Notes: generated by a model not told the origin, from the letters alone. DNA of 64,000 nucleotides from Collinsella sp. (GCA_048189345.1 DBEZGO010000044.1:457-64456); one strand, 5' to 3'. Numbered from the stretch's first letter, positions 30,293 to 41,465 are shown. Numbers and translations: made by a program.

Positions 30293-31759
30293 CTAGAGGG
30301 TCTTAATACGAGTACCCGCGGCCGTATCTTCAATGGTGAGGCCCAGGTCCTTGAGCTGGTCGCGGATGGCGTCTGCCAGGTCCCAGTTCTTGGCGGCACG
30401 GGCCTCGGCGCGGGCCTCGAGAATCTTGGCAGCGGCCTCGTCCACGTCGTCGCCCGTGTAGGCGACCAGGCCGGCGGCAACGCCCAGCAGACCCAGCGGC
30501 AGCTCGACCTTGGGCTCGGGAAGCTCGACGCCAAACGTATCGAGCAGCTCGGCCAGCGTGTCGGCGGCGGCAAGCGCGGCGGTCTTGTTGGCAGCGTCGC
30601 CCGCCTGCTCCAGGTACTGGTTGCACTCGGTGACAAAGCCAAAGACGGCACCCATGGCACCAGCGGTGTTAAAGTCGTCGTCCATGCACTCCTTAAAGGT
30701 GGCACGGGTCTCGGCGGCCTTGGCGGCAAACGCCTCGGCAGCCGCTTCGTCGGCATCGGCCGTCGCGTGGTTCGCGGCCCAACGCAGGTTCTCGACCGTA
30801 CCGGCGATACGCGTGAGCGAGTTCTCGGCACCCTCCAGGCGCTCCCAAGAAAAGTCGAGCGGCGAGCGATAGCTCGTCTGCAGCATCAGCAGGCGCAGGG
30901 CGGCAGCGGAGTGCTGCTCGAGGACCTCGGCCAGCGTAAAGAAGTTGCCGAGCGACTTGGACATCTTCTCGCCGTCTACCAGCAGCATGCCCGTGTGCAT
31001 CCAGGTGTTGGAGAAGCCCTGGTGCCAGGCGCAGGTGGCCTGGGCGCACTCGTTCTCGTGATGCGGGAAGGCAAGGTCGGAGCCGCCGCCGTGGATGTCG
31101 ATCGGAGTGCCCAGGTAGCGATGCACCATGGCGGCGCACTCGGTGTGCCAACCGGGACGGCCCTCGCCCCAGGGGCTCGGCCAGCTGGGCTCGCCGGGCT
31201 TGGCGGCCTTCCACAGGGCAAAGTCGAGCGGGTCGTTCTTGTCCTCGTTCTCCTCGATGCGCGCGCCAACCATAAGGTCGTCGATGTTGCGGCCCGAGAC
31301 CTGACCATAGTTGGGATCGCTGCGCACGGCAAAGTACACGTCGCCGTTATCGGCTGCGTAAGCGTGGCCCTGCTCGATAAGCGTCTTGATCATGGCGATC
31401 ATGGGGCCGATCTCCTTGGTGGCGCGGGGGCGCACATCGGGATCGAGCACGTTGGCGGCGCGCATGACGCCGATGAACTTGTCGGAGAACTCCGTCGCGA
31501 CCTCGGCGGCCGTACGGCCCTGCTCGTTGGCGCGCTTGATGATCTTGTCGTCGACATCGGTGAGGTTCTGGGCGAACGTGACCTCGTAACCGCTCGCGAT
31601 GAGCCAGCGGCGAATCACGTCAAAGCTGATGAACGTACGGGCGTTGCCGATGTGGATGTTGTCGTAGACCGTGGGGCCGCACACGTACATGCGGACCTTG
31701 CCGGACTCGATGGGCTGGAACTCTTCCTTTTTATGGGTAGCGCTGTTGTAGATACGCAT
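30293..31759 (-). CDS. cysS: Cysteine--tRNA ligase
   Basis: CGPTVY..HIGN, GRPGWHTEC, FPHHENE, KMSKS. Confidence 0.98.
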   Translation of the reverse strand: MRIYNSATHKKEEFQPIESGKVRMYVCGPTVYDNIHIGNARTFISFDVIRRWLIASGYEVTFAQNLTDVDDKIIKRANEQGRTAAEVATEFSDKFIGVMRAANVLDPDVRPRATKEIGPMIAMIKTLIEQGHAYAADNGDVYFAVRSDPNYGQVSGRNIDDLMVGARIEENEDKNDPLDFALWKAAKPGEPSWPSPWGEGRPGWHTECAAMVHRYLGTPIDIHGGGSDLAFPHHENECAQATCAWHQGFSNTWMHTGMLLVDGEKMSKSLGNFFTLAEVLEQHSAAALRLLMLQTSYRSPLDFSWERLEGAENSLTRIAGTVENLRWAANHATADADEAAAEAFAAKAAETRATFKECMDDDFNTAGAMGAVFGFVTECNQYLEQAGDAANKTAALAAADTLAELLDTFGVELPEPKVELPLGLLGVAAGLVAYTGDDVDEAAAKILEARAEARAAKNWDLADAIRDQLKDLGLTIEDTAAGTRIKTL

Positions 31760-31762
31760 TCG

Positions 31763-32257
31763 TTACTCCTTAACGGTTTTCTGTAGCAGGCAGACGGCCC
31801 AGGCGCCGATTCCCTCGCCCTGGCCTTCCCAACCGAGCTTTTCGGTCGTAGTGGCGGCGACGCCCACGTTTTCGACGTCAACGCCCAGGGCATGGGCAAG
31901 GTTGGCGCGCATGGCATCGCGATGCGGGGTGATCTTAGGCTGCTGGCAGGCAATGGTGCAATCGGCATCGACAAACTCAAAGCCCAGCTCACGCGCATAG
32001 TCCATCACGCGGGCAAGCAGCACCATCGAATCGGCACCCTCGTAGGCGGGATCGGTGTCGGGGAATAGCTTGCCGATGTCTCCCCCACGGCAGGCGCCCA
32101 GAATGGCGTCGGCCAAGGCGTGCGCGAGCACATCGGCATCCGAGTGGCCCAGCAGGCCGCGCTCGTAGGGAATGTCGACACCGCCGATGATACATCGACG
32201 CCCCTCCACCAGACGGTGAACGTCGTAGCCATGGCCAATGCGCAGGTTACTGAACAT
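31763..32257 (-). CDS. ispF: 2-C-methyl-D-erythritol 2,4-cyclodiphosphate synthase
   Basis: RIGHGYDVH, GHSDADV, DIGKLFP, ATTTEKLG. Confidence 0.96.
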   Translation of the reverse strand: MFSNLRIGHGYDVHRLVEGRRCIIGGVDIPYERGLLGHSDADVLAHALADAILGACRGGDIGKLFPDTDPAYEGADSMVLLARVMDYARELGFEFVDADCTIACQQPKITPHRDAMRANLAHALGVDVENVGVAATTTEKLGWEGQGEGIGAWAVCLLQKTVKE

Positions 32258-32975
32258 GGGGAAGGTCCTCTCCCTCGGCCATGCGGCCAAGCAGAATCGC
32301 GGTTACGGGACGCAGGTCCTCGGGCACCGTCACCTTAAGGTTATCGCGTGGGCTCTGGACGCAGCGGACGCGCCCACCCATGCGCTCGACCAGCGACGAA
32401 TCATCGGTACCGATAAAGCCCTCGGCAATGGCTGCAGCGTGGGCGCGCTTCATAGCATCGACGCTAAAGATCTGCGGCGTCTGCGCTGCCCAGTAGAGTT
32501 CACGCGGCGGCGTCTCGACGATATTATCGCCGTCAACGATCTTGAGCGTGTCGATCGCGGGCTGACCGCACACGACACCGTCGAGGGCACGGTCGCTCAC
32601 GAGCACGTCGATAGCGTGGTCGATGGCCTCGGTCGTAATGAGCGGACGAGCGCCGTCGTGGATGGCGACATATTCGAAACCCGCCGGAACCGCATGCACG
32701 CCGGCACGGGTGGAATCCTGACGGGTATCGCCGGCATCGGCAAAGCTGATGGGCGTGTCATAGTCAAACGGGTCAATGGCCAGGCGGCGCATCTCGGCAC
32801 GGCGCTCGGCAGGGCAAACCACGACGATATGGCCGACCTTATCGCTACGATCGAACGCGCGGATGGACCAGCTCATGAGCGGACGGCCCGCCACATTAAC
32901 GAGCTGCTTGCCGCCGGGATTTCCAAAGCGCTGGCCGCTGCCGCCGGCAACGACCACGGCGCATACGGGCGCCAT
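32247..32975 (-). CDS. ispD: 2-C-methyl-D-erythritol 4-phosphate cytidylyltransferase
   Basis: AGGSGQRFG, TRQDS, IHDGARP, QTPQ, TDD, NLKVT. Confidence 0.96.
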   Translation of the reverse strand: MAPVCAVVVAGGSGQRFGNPGGKQLVNVAGRPLMSWSIRAFDRSDKVGHIVVVCPAERRAEMRRLAIDPFDYDTPISFADAGDTRQDSTRAGVHAVPAGFEYVAIHDGARPLITTEAIDHAIDVLVSDRALDGVVCGQPAIDTLKIVDGDNIVETPPRELYWAAQTPQIFSVDAMKRAHAAAIAEGFIGTDDSSLVERMGGRVRCVQSPRDNLKVTVPEDLRPVTAILLGRMAEGEDLPHVQ

Positions 32976-34042
32976 TATGCGTTCCCCTGTTTGGTGCCCT
33001 TCATGCGGTACAGCGAGTCCGCAAGAATGGCAGGGTTGTTGACGCCAAAGTCGCCCAAGCGCTCCGGATCCTCGCTGATGTCGTCCATGAGCTCCTGCAG
33101 CGAGCCGTACTCGTCGACGATCTTCTCGGCCACGCCGTCGCGCACGACGGACACGCGCGAAAGCGTGCGCAGGCCCAGCGGCGTCATGACGGAGTCCTCG
33201 TCCAGGTCGTCGTAACCCAGAACTGCCGCCACGTGCTGCGGGTCGGACAGGTCCTTAGGCGTCATGCGGCTCAGCTCGGCGCGGATCTTCTCGGCGTTTG
33301 CCTCGGAGGAATCGCTTGCGTAGTCGCGGATCATCAAGTCGTATTCGGTATCCATGCTGGAGCCCGCGAGCTGCTCGAGCTGCATCTGCACGAGCTTGCC
33401 CTGGTTGCCCAGCTTGACAATGCAATCCTTAAGCTCGGTCTTTGCCTGCTGCATGATCTCGAAGCTCGAGAAAATACCGGTAATGTCGGCGAGCGTGACG
33501 TAGTCGTCGAGCTCGAGGGCCGTCAGGCGCAGCAGGGAGCGGTCGAGCGACTGACGGGTAGTCTGGAGCGTGGCGACGAGCTGGTTGACCGAGCTCATGA
33601 TGGTGGTGACGGGCTGGATCTCGTAGCTCTTGCCGTGAACGTACACGTTAACGACGGCGCGACGAGCCGAAACCGAGATCACGATGGCGTCGGTGAGCAC
33701 CGACATGCGAGCGGCAGTACGGTGACGCATGCCCGTCTCACTCGTGGCAAGCGAGGGATCGGGATTGAGGTGGAAGTTGGCGCGCAGGATCTGGGTGAGG
33801 TCGCCATCGATAACGATGGCACCGTCCATCTTGGAAAGCTCGAACAGGCGGTTCGAGGTAAACGAAATGTTGAGCGGGAAGCCGTCGTTACCGGCAGCGA
33901 GCACGTTTTCGGTGTCGCCGACGCAGATAAGGGCACCCAGGTGACCGGCAATGATCATGTCGAGGGCGGTGCGGATCGGCTGGCCAGGTGCCGTCAGGCG
34001 AATGGCCTGTTCCATACGCTTTTGCAGCTCGTTCTTATCCAA
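32975..34042 (-). CDS. disA: DNA integrity scanning diadenylate cyclase DisA
   Basis: ELSKMDGA and ETGMRHRTA DAC motifs, helical linker, C-terminal HhH. Confidence 0.93.
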   Translation of the reverse strand: MDKNELQKRMEQAIRLTAPGQPIRTALDMIIAGHLGALICVGDTENVLAAGNDGFPLNISFTSNRLFELSKMDGAIVIDGDLTQILRANFHLNPDPSLATSETGMRHRTAARMSVLTDAIVISVSARRAVVNVYVHGKSYEIQPVTTIMSSVNQLVATLQTTRQSLDRSLLRLTALELDDYVTLADITGIFSSFEIMQQAKTELKDCIVKLGNQGKLVQMQLEQLAGSSMDTEYDLMIRDYASDSSEANAEKIRAELSRMTPKDLSDPQHVAAVLGYDDLDEDSVMTPLGLRTLSRVSVVRDGVAEKIVDEYGSLQELMDDISEDPERLGDFGVNNPAILADSLYRMKGTKQGNA

Positions 34043-34194
34043 GGCATCGCTCCCATCGTATACGCTCCATAAACGTCAATAAGTTTCTCACGGTTTGCCC
34101 CTGTGACGCCCGCAAAATCCGATGCTTACAGAATGAGCGAACACAGCTGAGAGCCCCAATCCAAATGAGCTGCTTATGTGGTAGCATCGGGATT

Positions 34195-34337
34195 CGCATA
34201 AATGAGGGAGTAGTCGCGTGACCGGGTTCGCCTCCGGTGGCGCGGCAAGTCAACATACTGGCCGATGCGGTCTGGCTTGCCTTAATGAACGAGACTCGTG
34301 GCTGTGCGCACAACGCGTACGCCACGGGTCTTTTTTG
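34195..34337 (+). ncRNA. yybP-ykoY (Mn2+) riboswitch with overlapping terminator
   Basis: GAGGGAGTAG..GTCAACATACT..CGAGAC consensus elements, then GACTCGTGGC/GCCACGGGTC-TTTTTT; upstream of mntP; boundaries approximate. Confidence 0.85.
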
Positions 34338-34389
34338 TTACTCCCCCAAGAGGTACACGCGGGCCCGCCCGCAGAAAGGGAGCCAGACT

Positions 34390-34974
34390 ATGGGACTCGC
34401 AGAGCTCGTATTGCTCGCTATCGGCCTTTCGATGGACGCCTTTGCCGTATCCATCTGCAAGGGCCTTGGCATGAAGAAGATCAACCTTAAGGTCGCCGTA
34501 GTGCTCGGCCTGTTCTTTGGCGGCTTCCAGGCCGGCATGCCCGTAATCGGATGGGCGCTCGGCAGTCAATTCATGAGCATCATCGGACCCATCGACCATT
34601 GGATCGCCTTTATCCTTTTGGCCTTTATCGGCGGCAAAATGCTGTGGGAGGCCTTTACCGAAGACGAGGATGAGGACGAGAGCGACGGCAAGGATGCCGA
34701 AAAGATTGACCTGGGTGAGTACCTGATTCTGGCTATCGCCACCTCAATCGACGCCCTGGCCGTGGGCATCTCATTTGCTGCGCTCTCGGTTGACATCGTT
34801 CCCGCTGTATCGCTTATCGGAGTCACAACGTTTATCTTCTCCGTCGCCGGCGTAGCGATCGGCCACACCTTTGGCGAGCGCTACGAAAAACCCGCCACCA
34901 TCGTGGGCGGCGTCGTGCTCATCCTCATCGGCCTCAAGATTTTGCTGGAGCACCTGGGGATTTTGGTGCTGTAA
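34390..34974 (+). CDS. mntP: Manganese efflux pump MntP
   Basis: AIGLSMDAFAVS, DHWIAF, IATSIDALAVG, LIGLKILLEHL. Confidence 0.93.
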   Translation: MGLAELVLLAIGLSMDAFAVSICKGLGMKKINLKVAVVLGLFFGGFQAGMPVIGWALGSQFMSIIGPIDHWIAFILLAFIGGKMLWEAFTEDEDEDESDGKDAEKIDLGEYLILAIATSIDALAVGISFAALSVDIVPAVSLIGVTTFIFSVAGVAIGHTFGERYEKPATIVGGVVLILIGLKILLEHLGILVL

Positions 34975-35011
34975 AACACCCTTCAAAACTAAACGTCCGT
35001 ATGAGGCCTCA

Positions 35012-35079
35012 TGCAGACTTTTGCATGAGGCCTTTTCATGCAGACTTTTGCATGTCATACTAGGATGCAAAAGTCTGCA
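35012..35079. promoter_or_regulatory. Three TGCA-N6-TGCA operator boxes at exact 27-bp spacing upstream of hipB
   Basis: TGCAGACTTTTGCA at 35012 and 35039; its inverse TGCAAAAGTCTGCA at 35066. Confidence 0.8.
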
Positions 35080-35094
35080 CGTTAGGAGATTGCC

Positions 35095-35526
35095 ATGGAT
35101 ACCCTTCCCATCACCACGCCGCGCCAAGCCGGCATCTACGTGCGTCAGGCGCGCGAGGCGCAGGGGATCACCCGTGCCGCCCTCGCTAAAAAAGCCGGTG
35201 TTTCGGAACGCCTGCTCGCATCGCTCGAGCTAGGAGACGCCACCGGCATTCGACTCGACAAGTTGCTGACCGTCTTTAACGCACTCGGCATTGGTCTCTT
35301 CGCGCAAAGCGATAACGACTCCATCGCATCGCCCTCCGAACATCCGACGACGATAGTGAACCTCCCTATCGCGAACTCGAATACCCTGCCAAAGCCAAGC
35401 GCAGGCAGACGACCCACTCGACAAGGAACGCCATCTTCCTATGGTGCCTTGCTGGCCCAAATCGCAGCCGAGCAAGGCCTTTCCGGCACTTCAAACCTCT
35501 CCTTTGGCTGCAAGGTTGTGAAATAA
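35095..35526 (+). CDS. XRE/HipB-like antitoxin (HTH)
   Basis: VRQAREAQGITRAALAKKAGVSERLLASLELG; stop abuts the hipA start (TAA-ATG). Confidence 0.85.
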   Translation: MDTLPITTPRQAGIYVRQAREAQGITRAALAKKAGVSERLLASLELGDATGIRLDKLLTVFNALGIGLFAQSDNDSIASPSEHPTTIVNLPIANSNTLPKPSAGRRPTRQGTPSSYGALLAQIAAEQGLSGTSNLSFGCKVVK

Positions 35527-36831
35527 ATGGCAGAGATGGAGCTCGCGACCCTCATTTGTGGCGAAATCGCCGGCACTCTCCGCCAAGACGAGCATGGACT
35601 CTGCAGCTTTGCATACGCCCCAACCTATCGCGGAGCACCGTTATCGCTAACAATGCCGCTTTCCAATCGCACGTATGGCCATAGCATCGTCCGCCCGTTC
35701 CTATTTGGCCTTTTGCCCGACAGTCAAGAGCAGCGTCGCGCTATTGCCACCGAGCATGATGTTGCATCCAACAACCCCGTCGCCCTCTTGTGCCATATCG
35801 GTCTAGACTGCGCGGGGGCCGTTCAGTTTTGTCGAGCCGATCAATTAGACGCCGCCCGCGGCAGGGTCTCGGCATACCGCCCGCTTACCAATTCTCAAAT
35901 CGCTCACAAGCTCAAAGCAATTCGCGATGACGAAAGAGAGACATGGATGGGCTCCAACGAAAGCTGGTCCCTGGGCGGCAATCAAGGCAAATTTGCACTA
36001 GCTTGGCATGATGGCCAATGGTGCGAATGTCTAGGGTCATCCCCCACTACCCATATCTTCAAAAATGGTGTCGTTGGGTTCAAACATCAGGCCTTAAACG
36101 AATTCGTCTGCATGAAAACGGCTCGGCGTGTTGGCATTCCAACTGCCAACGTCTCCTATTACACATTTGAAGACGAAGCCGCGCTCGTCGTTGAACGGTA
36201 CGACAGAATGGTCAATAGCAGCGGAAATATCGAAAGGCTGCATCAGGAGGACTTTTGCCAGGCGCTCGGTGTATTGCCAATCCAGAAATACACCGCCGAC
36301 GGAGGACCAACTACACGAGACATCCAAGAACGACTGATTAACACAGTCCCCCACCACATGAATCTTGTGCTTTTTACCTATATGTTGTTCTATAACGCCA
36401 TTATCGGAGCGCCTGACGCACACGCTAAAAACTACTCGCTCATCCTTGGCAAAGGCACAAACGCGGCGCTCGCACCCATGTACGATGTCGCATCGGGGCT
36501 GGCATACGAGCGCATGCGCCGCCGGGCGCGCCTTGCCATGAGCGTTGGCGGCGAAAATCGTGTGGGGCGCATCGGTCCAGGCGCTATCCGCCGATACCAC
36601 GGTATGGGCGACCCCGCGCTGGAGGCGGCACTCACCGATGCCGGGCTATCCGAGAAGTTTTGCTTTGCGACCATGATGGACCTCGCCTACGAGGTGCCCA
36701 TTTGCATGGAAGAGGTCATGGACGAATACGCCGACCTGCCCGGCATGGCGGACCTGCGCGAGCATATGCTCGGCCCCGTCCGCGAAAACTGCCAGCGCAC
36801 CCTCGACCTCATCAAGGCAGAAATGGACTAG
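35527..36831 (+). CDS. hipA: HipA family Ser/Thr kinase toxin
   Basis: LSLTMP, GLLPD, DCAGAVQ, SLGGNQGK, HIFK, VERYDR, LHQEDFCQ, DAHAKNYS, APMYD. Confidence 0.93.
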   Translation: MAEMELATLICGEIAGTLRQDEHGLCSFAYAPTYRGAPLSLTMPLSNRTYGHSIVRPFLFGLLPDSQEQRRAIATEHDVASNNPVALLCHIGLDCAGAVQFCRADQLDAARGRVSAYRPLTNSQIAHKLKAIRDDERETWMGSNESWSLGGNQGKFALAWHDGQWCECLGSSPTTHIFKNGVVGFKHQALNEFVCMKTARRVGIPTANVSYYTFEDEAALVVERYDRMVNSSGNIERLHQEDFCQALGVLPIQKYTADGGPTTRDIQERLINTVPHHMNLVLFTYMLFYNAIIGAPDAHAKNYSLILGKGTNAALAPMYDVASGLAYERMRRRARLAMSVGGENRVGRIGPGAIRRYHGMGDPALEAALTDAGLSEKFCFATMMDLAYEVPICMEEVMDEYADLPGMADLREHMLGPVRENCQRTLDLIKAEMD

Positions 36832-36958
36832 GTGGCCTTAATTTCGCAATTATCAAACAAAAGAGAGGGGACACCCGTCGCAAAAGACCGGGTGCCCCCT
36901 CTCATAATGTCATTTGCAATCCGCTAGCACGTGGCTCGGACTGCTGCTAGCGCAACCT

Positions 36959-38416
36959 TTACGCAGCGAGGCGCTTGAGGACGTCGATGAGCAGCTCGTA
37001 GAAGCGCTCGGCAGAAGCGAGCTCCATGCTCTCGTCCGGGGTATGGACATCGGAGAGCGTCGGGCCCACGGCGATGGCGTCCAGGCCGTGCAGAGCCTCG
37101 GCAAACAGGCCGCACTCAAGGCCGGCGTGAATGGACTCGATGCGCAGCTCGGAGCCAAAGAGCTCTCGATAGCTCTCGACAAAGACTTCGCGGACCGGCG
37201 AATGCTCGGCATAGCTCCAGCCGGGATACTCGAACTCAAACTTGGCGTCGAAGCCCAGGACATCGGCAAGCGTCTGCAGGCGGTCCTTGAACTCGTTCTG
37301 CAGCGAGGTGATCGAGGAGCGCGGGGACAGCATAATCTTGACCTCGTCATCGGAGGTGGCGACCACGCCGATGTTGGAGGAAACCTCGACGGAGCCGTCG
37401 GTGGCGACGTTGCGGCGAATCACGCCGTTAGGGGCAAGACGCAGGGCGCGGATGAGGGCAAGCGCGGACTTCTCGTCCATGGCCTCGACCTCGGCGTCGT
37501 CGGCAATCTCGACGGTGCAGGTAAAGCCGGGGTCGAAGACCTCGAGCTCGGCAGTGACGTCGGCGATGATGCCCTTTGCGATCTGGGCCGCGGCCTCGGC
37601 GGCAGCGTGATCGGCATAGACCAGAACGGCCTTGCACTCACGGTTGATGGCGTTGTCCTTGGTGCCGCCGTTGAAGCTGACGATGGCGGGCTCGCCGGCG
37701 ACCATCAGGCGGTCGATGATGCGGGCCATGATGAGGTTTCCGTTGCCGCGCTCCAGGTTGATATCACTGCCGGAGTGGCCGCCCAACAGACCGGAAATGT
37801 CGAGCGTGAGGGTGCTACCGGTCTTGTGCTCGCGCACGATGGGGCAGGTGTAGGTAACGACGACGCCGCCGGCGCAGCTGACGGTGGCAACGCCCTCCTC
37901 CTCGGAGTCGAGGTTGATCATGGTGCGGGCGCTGATCTGGGACTTGTCGAGCGTCTCGGCGCCAACCAGGCCGGTCTCCTCGTCGGTGGTGAACACGCAC
38001 TCGAGGGCCGGATGGGCAATCGAATCGTCGTTGAGCACAGTAAGCATAAGCGCGACGGCGATACCATTGTCGGCGCCCAGGGTGGTGCCGTTGGCGGTAA
38101 GGACGCCGTCCTTGACGACCAGGTCGATACCATCGGTCGTAAAGTCGTGCTCAACGGAGCCCAACTTGTCGCACACCATATCGATGTGGCCCTGCAGCAT
38201 CACGGTCGGGGCATTCTCGGCGCCGGCAGATGCGGGCTTGCGAATGATGACGTTGTAGACCTCGTCCTGATACACATCGAGACCGCGCTCCTTGGCAAAC
38301 GCGACCAGGAAATCGCTGATGCCCTTCTCGTTGCCAGACCCACGGGGGATCGCGCTGACCTCCTCAAAGAAATGGAACAGCTGGGCGGGCTCGTAGCCGG
38401 TAATCTTGTAGTCCAT
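36959..38416 (-). CDS. pepD: Aminoacyl-histidine dipeptidase (M20C)
   Basis: IPRGSGNE, LQGHIDMV, TLGADNG, DEETG, NLDSEE, GGHSG, HAGLECG, HTPDE. Confidence 0.93.
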   Translation of the reverse strand: MDYKITGYEPAQLFHFFEEVSAIPRGSGNEKGISDFLVAFAKERGLDVYQDEVYNVIIRKPASAGAENAPTVMLQGHIDMVCDKLGSVEHDFTTDGIDLVVKDGVLTANGTTLGADNGIAVALMLTVLNDDSIAHPALECVFTTDEETGLVGAETLDKSQISARTMINLDSEEEGVATVSCAGGVVVTYTCPIVREHKTGSTLTLDISGLLGGHSGSDINLERGNGNLIMARIIDRLMVAGEPAIVSFNGGTKDNAINRECKAVLVYADHAAAEAAAQIAKGIIADVTAELEVFDPGFTCTVEIADDAEVEAMDEKSALALIRALRLAPNGVIRRNVATDGSVEVSSNIGVVATSDDEVKIMLSPRSSITSLQNEFKDRLQTLADVLGFDAKFEFEYPGWSYAEHSPVREVFVESYRELFGSELRIESIHAGLECGLFAEALHGLDAIAVGPTLSDVHTPDESMELASAERFYELLIDVLKRLAA

Positions 38417-38630
38417 GGTGCCTCCTTGGCGCAACTGGTTAGACAGTAAGACATGCGACTTGTATATTCCCAGACTTTGCGTGCATAAACCAGTCGAAAA
38501 CGCCGAGCGCCCTCGCATCATCGGCTAACGGTGGACCGTATAGCGTAACGGTCACAACTTCCGCAGCTCTACAAATCGAGGCGCCCTTTCCGGAGCGCCT
38601 CGATTGCGCGTATCAAATTGTCGCCACGCC

Positions 38631-41273
38631 CTACAGCGCGCCGGAACCGGCTTGCATCATGCCGCCGGGGCCCGAGGTCACGCCGCCGCTCACGGGCGCG
38701 ACGTTGCCGGTGTGCGGAGCCGCCGGGGCGGTATCGCCACCGAGCGTGCCCGCCGGACGCGGTGCCGGAATCTCGCCCGTGCCGTGACTAAAGACAAACT
38801 TGCCGTCGGCCACATCGCACTGAACGGTATCGCCCTCGCCCCACTCACCGGCCAGCAGTTCCTCGGACAGCGGGTCCTCAATGAGCTTTTGGATGGCACG
38901 GCGCAGCGGACGCGCGCCATTGGTGAGGTCGGTGCCCTCGGCCACAATCTTGTCGTAGGCCGCATCGGTGAGCTTGATGTTCATGCCGTTGGCAATCAGG
39001 CGTTGACGCAGGTCGTCCACCAGCAGGTGCGCGATCTTGGTCAGATTCTCGCCCGAAAGCTTCTGGAACACCACGATGTCGTCGATACGGTTGAGCAGCT
39101 CGGGGCGGAACAGGCGCTTAAGTTCGCCCATCGCACGACCCTTAATCTCGCTCGAGGTAAGACGCTGCTCGCCGGTGGTGCCAAAGCCAACGCTCGCATC
39201 CTGCGCAATCTCGCGGGCGCCCACGTTGGACGTCATGATGATCACGGTGTTGCGGAAGTCAACCGTCTTGCCCTGGCTATCGGTCAGACGACCCTCCTCC
39301 AGCACCTGCAGCAGGATGTTGAAGATGTCGGGATGCGCCTTCTCGATCTCGTCGAACAGCACGACCGAGTACGGGTGGCGACGAACGGCCTTGGTGAGCT
39401 GGCCGCCCTCGTCGTGACCGACGTAACCCGGAGGGCTACCGATGAGCTTGGAGACCTCGAACTCGCTACCGAACTCGGACATGTCGAAGCTGATGAGTGC
39501 ATCCTTGCTGCCAAAGAGGTACTCGGCGAGCGTCTTGGCGAGCTCGGTCTTGCCCGTGCCGGTGGGACCCAGGAAGATAAAGCTGCCGCCGGGGCGACGC
39601 GGGTCCTTGAGCGGCGAACGGCTGCGGCGCACGGCCTTGGCAACTGCCTCGACAGCCTCATCCTGACCGATGATGCGCGTCTTGAGCACGCTTTCGGCTT
39701 GCAGCAGGCGACGGCTCTCGCTCTCGGTAAGCGAGGACACCGGCACGCCCGAAGTCACGGACACGATGTCGGCGATCTGAGAGACATCGATGGTGAGCGG
39801 GCTGGCGTCGAGCTCGGCGGTCCAGGCGGCCTTGGCCTCGGCGAGTTCAATCTCGGCGGCCTTCTGCTGCTCGGTGATCTCGGCGGCCTTGTTCATGTCG
39901 TCGCTCTCGGTGGCCTCCTGCGCGGCGGCCTTGAGCTCCTCTATGCGATGCTCGGCCTCGCGCACCGGCTCGGGCGCGCGATTCGCGGCGATGCGAGCGC
40001 GTGCGCCGGCCTCGTCAATGAGGTCGATGGCCTTATCGGGCAGGAAGCGATCCTGGATGTAGCGGTTGGAAAGGTTCGCGGCGGCCTCGATAGCACCCTG
40101 CGTATAGCGCACATGGTGGTGCTCCTCGTAGCGCGGCTTGAGCGCGGTCAGGATCTTGACCGTGTCCTCGACGCTCGGCTCCTCGACATCGATGGTCTGG
40201 AAGCGACGCTCGAAGGCCGGATCCTTGGTGAGGTACTTGCGGAATTCCTCGGCCGTGGTGGCGCCGATAATCTGGAAGGCGCCGCGCGCGAGCACGGGCT
40301 TGAGCATGGAGCTCGCGTCGATGGAGCCCTCGGCAGAACCGGCACCGATGATGGTGTGCATCTCATCGATAAACAGGATGACGTCGTCGGCCTCGGTGGC
40401 CTCCTGGATCACGTTCTTGAGGCGCTCCTCAAACTCGCCACGATACTTGGCGCCCGCCACGAGGCCCGGCAGGTCGAGCGTCCAGATATTCTGGTTCATG
40501 AGGTTCTCGGGCACGTTGCCGGCTGCAATCTGCTGAGCCAGGCCCTCGACGATGGCCGTCTTGCCCACGCCGGGGTCGCCCAGAATGAGCGGGTTGTTCT
40601 TGGTGCGGCGCGAAAGAATTTCCATCATACGCTGGACTTCCTTTTCGCGACCGATCACGGGGTCGAGCTCGCCATCGCGCGCCTTCTGCGTGAGGTTGGT
40701 CGCGAACTGCTTAAGCGTATCGGTGCCACTCCCCTTTTGCTGAGAGGCATCCGAGCCGCTAAAGAACGGCAGGCCCGCACCGGGACGACCAGCACCGGCG
40801 CCGGCGAGCGGACGCTTCTTGTCCTGGTCCTTGGCAGTGAGTTTCTCGATAGCCTTTTTGATGGAGGCGGACGACACACCCAGGCGCATGAGGATGTCCA
40901 TGGCCATGCCGTTGCCCTCTTCGACGATTCCGATCAGCAAGTGCTCGGTCGACACGTAGGTCTGGTTGTTCTCACGCGCCACGCGGAATGAACGCTCCAT
41001 CACACTAATGACGAGCGGCGTAAAGGCGAGCTTGGCCGCCTCGGTCTCCTCACTGGGCTCGGGAACCGTGGTCTGGACCTCCTTGAGGGTGTCCATGATG
41101 TCGTCGTAGGAGATATCAAGCGAGCGCAGCGCCTCGGCAGCGATGCCCTCGTCCTCCTTGGCGAGTGCGAGCAGCAGGTGCTCGGTGCCCACCTTATTTG
41201 AGTGCAGATCGAGCGCCTCCTGTTTGGCCATCGACATGACCTTGCGCGCTCGATCGGTAAATCTATCTAACAT
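38631..41273 (-). CDS. clpC: ATP-dependent Clp protease ATP-binding subunit ClpC
   Basis: Clp_N repeats, GDPGVGKT and GPTGTGKT Walker A motifs, [15 protein letters not shown]. Confidence 0.95.
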   Translation of the reverse strand: MLDRFTDRARKVMSMAKQEALDLHSNKVGTEHLLLALAKEDEGIAAEALRSLDISYDDIMDTLKEVQTTVPEPSEETEAAKLAFTPLVISVMERSFRVARENNQTYVSTEHLLIGIVEEGNGMAMDILMRLGVSSASIKKAIEKLTAKDQDKKRPLAGAGAGRPGAGLPFFSGSDASQQKGSGTDTLKQFATNLTQKARDGELDPVIGREKEVQRMMEILSRRTKNNPLILGDPGVGKTAIVEGLAQQIAAGNVPENLMNQNIWTLDLPGLVAGAKYRGEFEERLKNVIQEATEADDVILFIDEMHTIIGAGSAEGSIDASSMLKPVLARGAFQIIGATTAEEFRKYLTKDPAFERRFQTIDVEEPSVEDTVKILTALKPRYEEHHHVRYTQGAIEAAANLSNRYIQDRFLPDKAIDLIDEAGARARIAANRAPEPVREAEHRIEELKAAAQEATESDDMNKAAEITEQQKAAEIELAEAKAAWTAELDASPLTIDVSQIADIVSVTSGVPVSSLTESESRRLLQAESVLKTRIIGQDEAVEAVAKAVRRSRSPLKDPRRPGGSFIFLGPTGTGKTELAKTLAEYLFGSKDALISFDMSEFGSEFEVSKLIGSPPGYVGHDEGGQLTKAVRRHPYSVVLFDEIEKAHPDIFNILLQVLEEGRLTDSQGKTVDFRNTVIIMTSNVGAREIAQDASVGFGTTGEQRLTSSEIKGRAMGELKRLFRPELLNRIDDIVVFQKLSGENLTKIAHLLVDDLRQRLIANGMNIKLTDAAYDKIVAEGTDLTNGARPLRRAIQKLIEDPLSEELLAGEWGEGDTVQCDVADGKFVFSHGTGEIPAPRPAGTLGGDTAPAAPHTGNVAPVSGGVTSGPGGMMQAGSGAL

Positions 41274-41465
41274 GCTCGTTTCCTTACATGAGTTCATCGA
41301 AATCAAAACGCCCGCCCGTCGGCGGCGCTTTTGTCTCTTTACCCACAGGTTGTCTATGTTAACAGCTGGAGGAATATCTATAAACCCGGCTCACATGAAT
41401 GCAGGTTATGACCGCATCGCGGGACTCACCGCGCGATGCGCGACAGGCGCCCCGCAAGAGAAACC

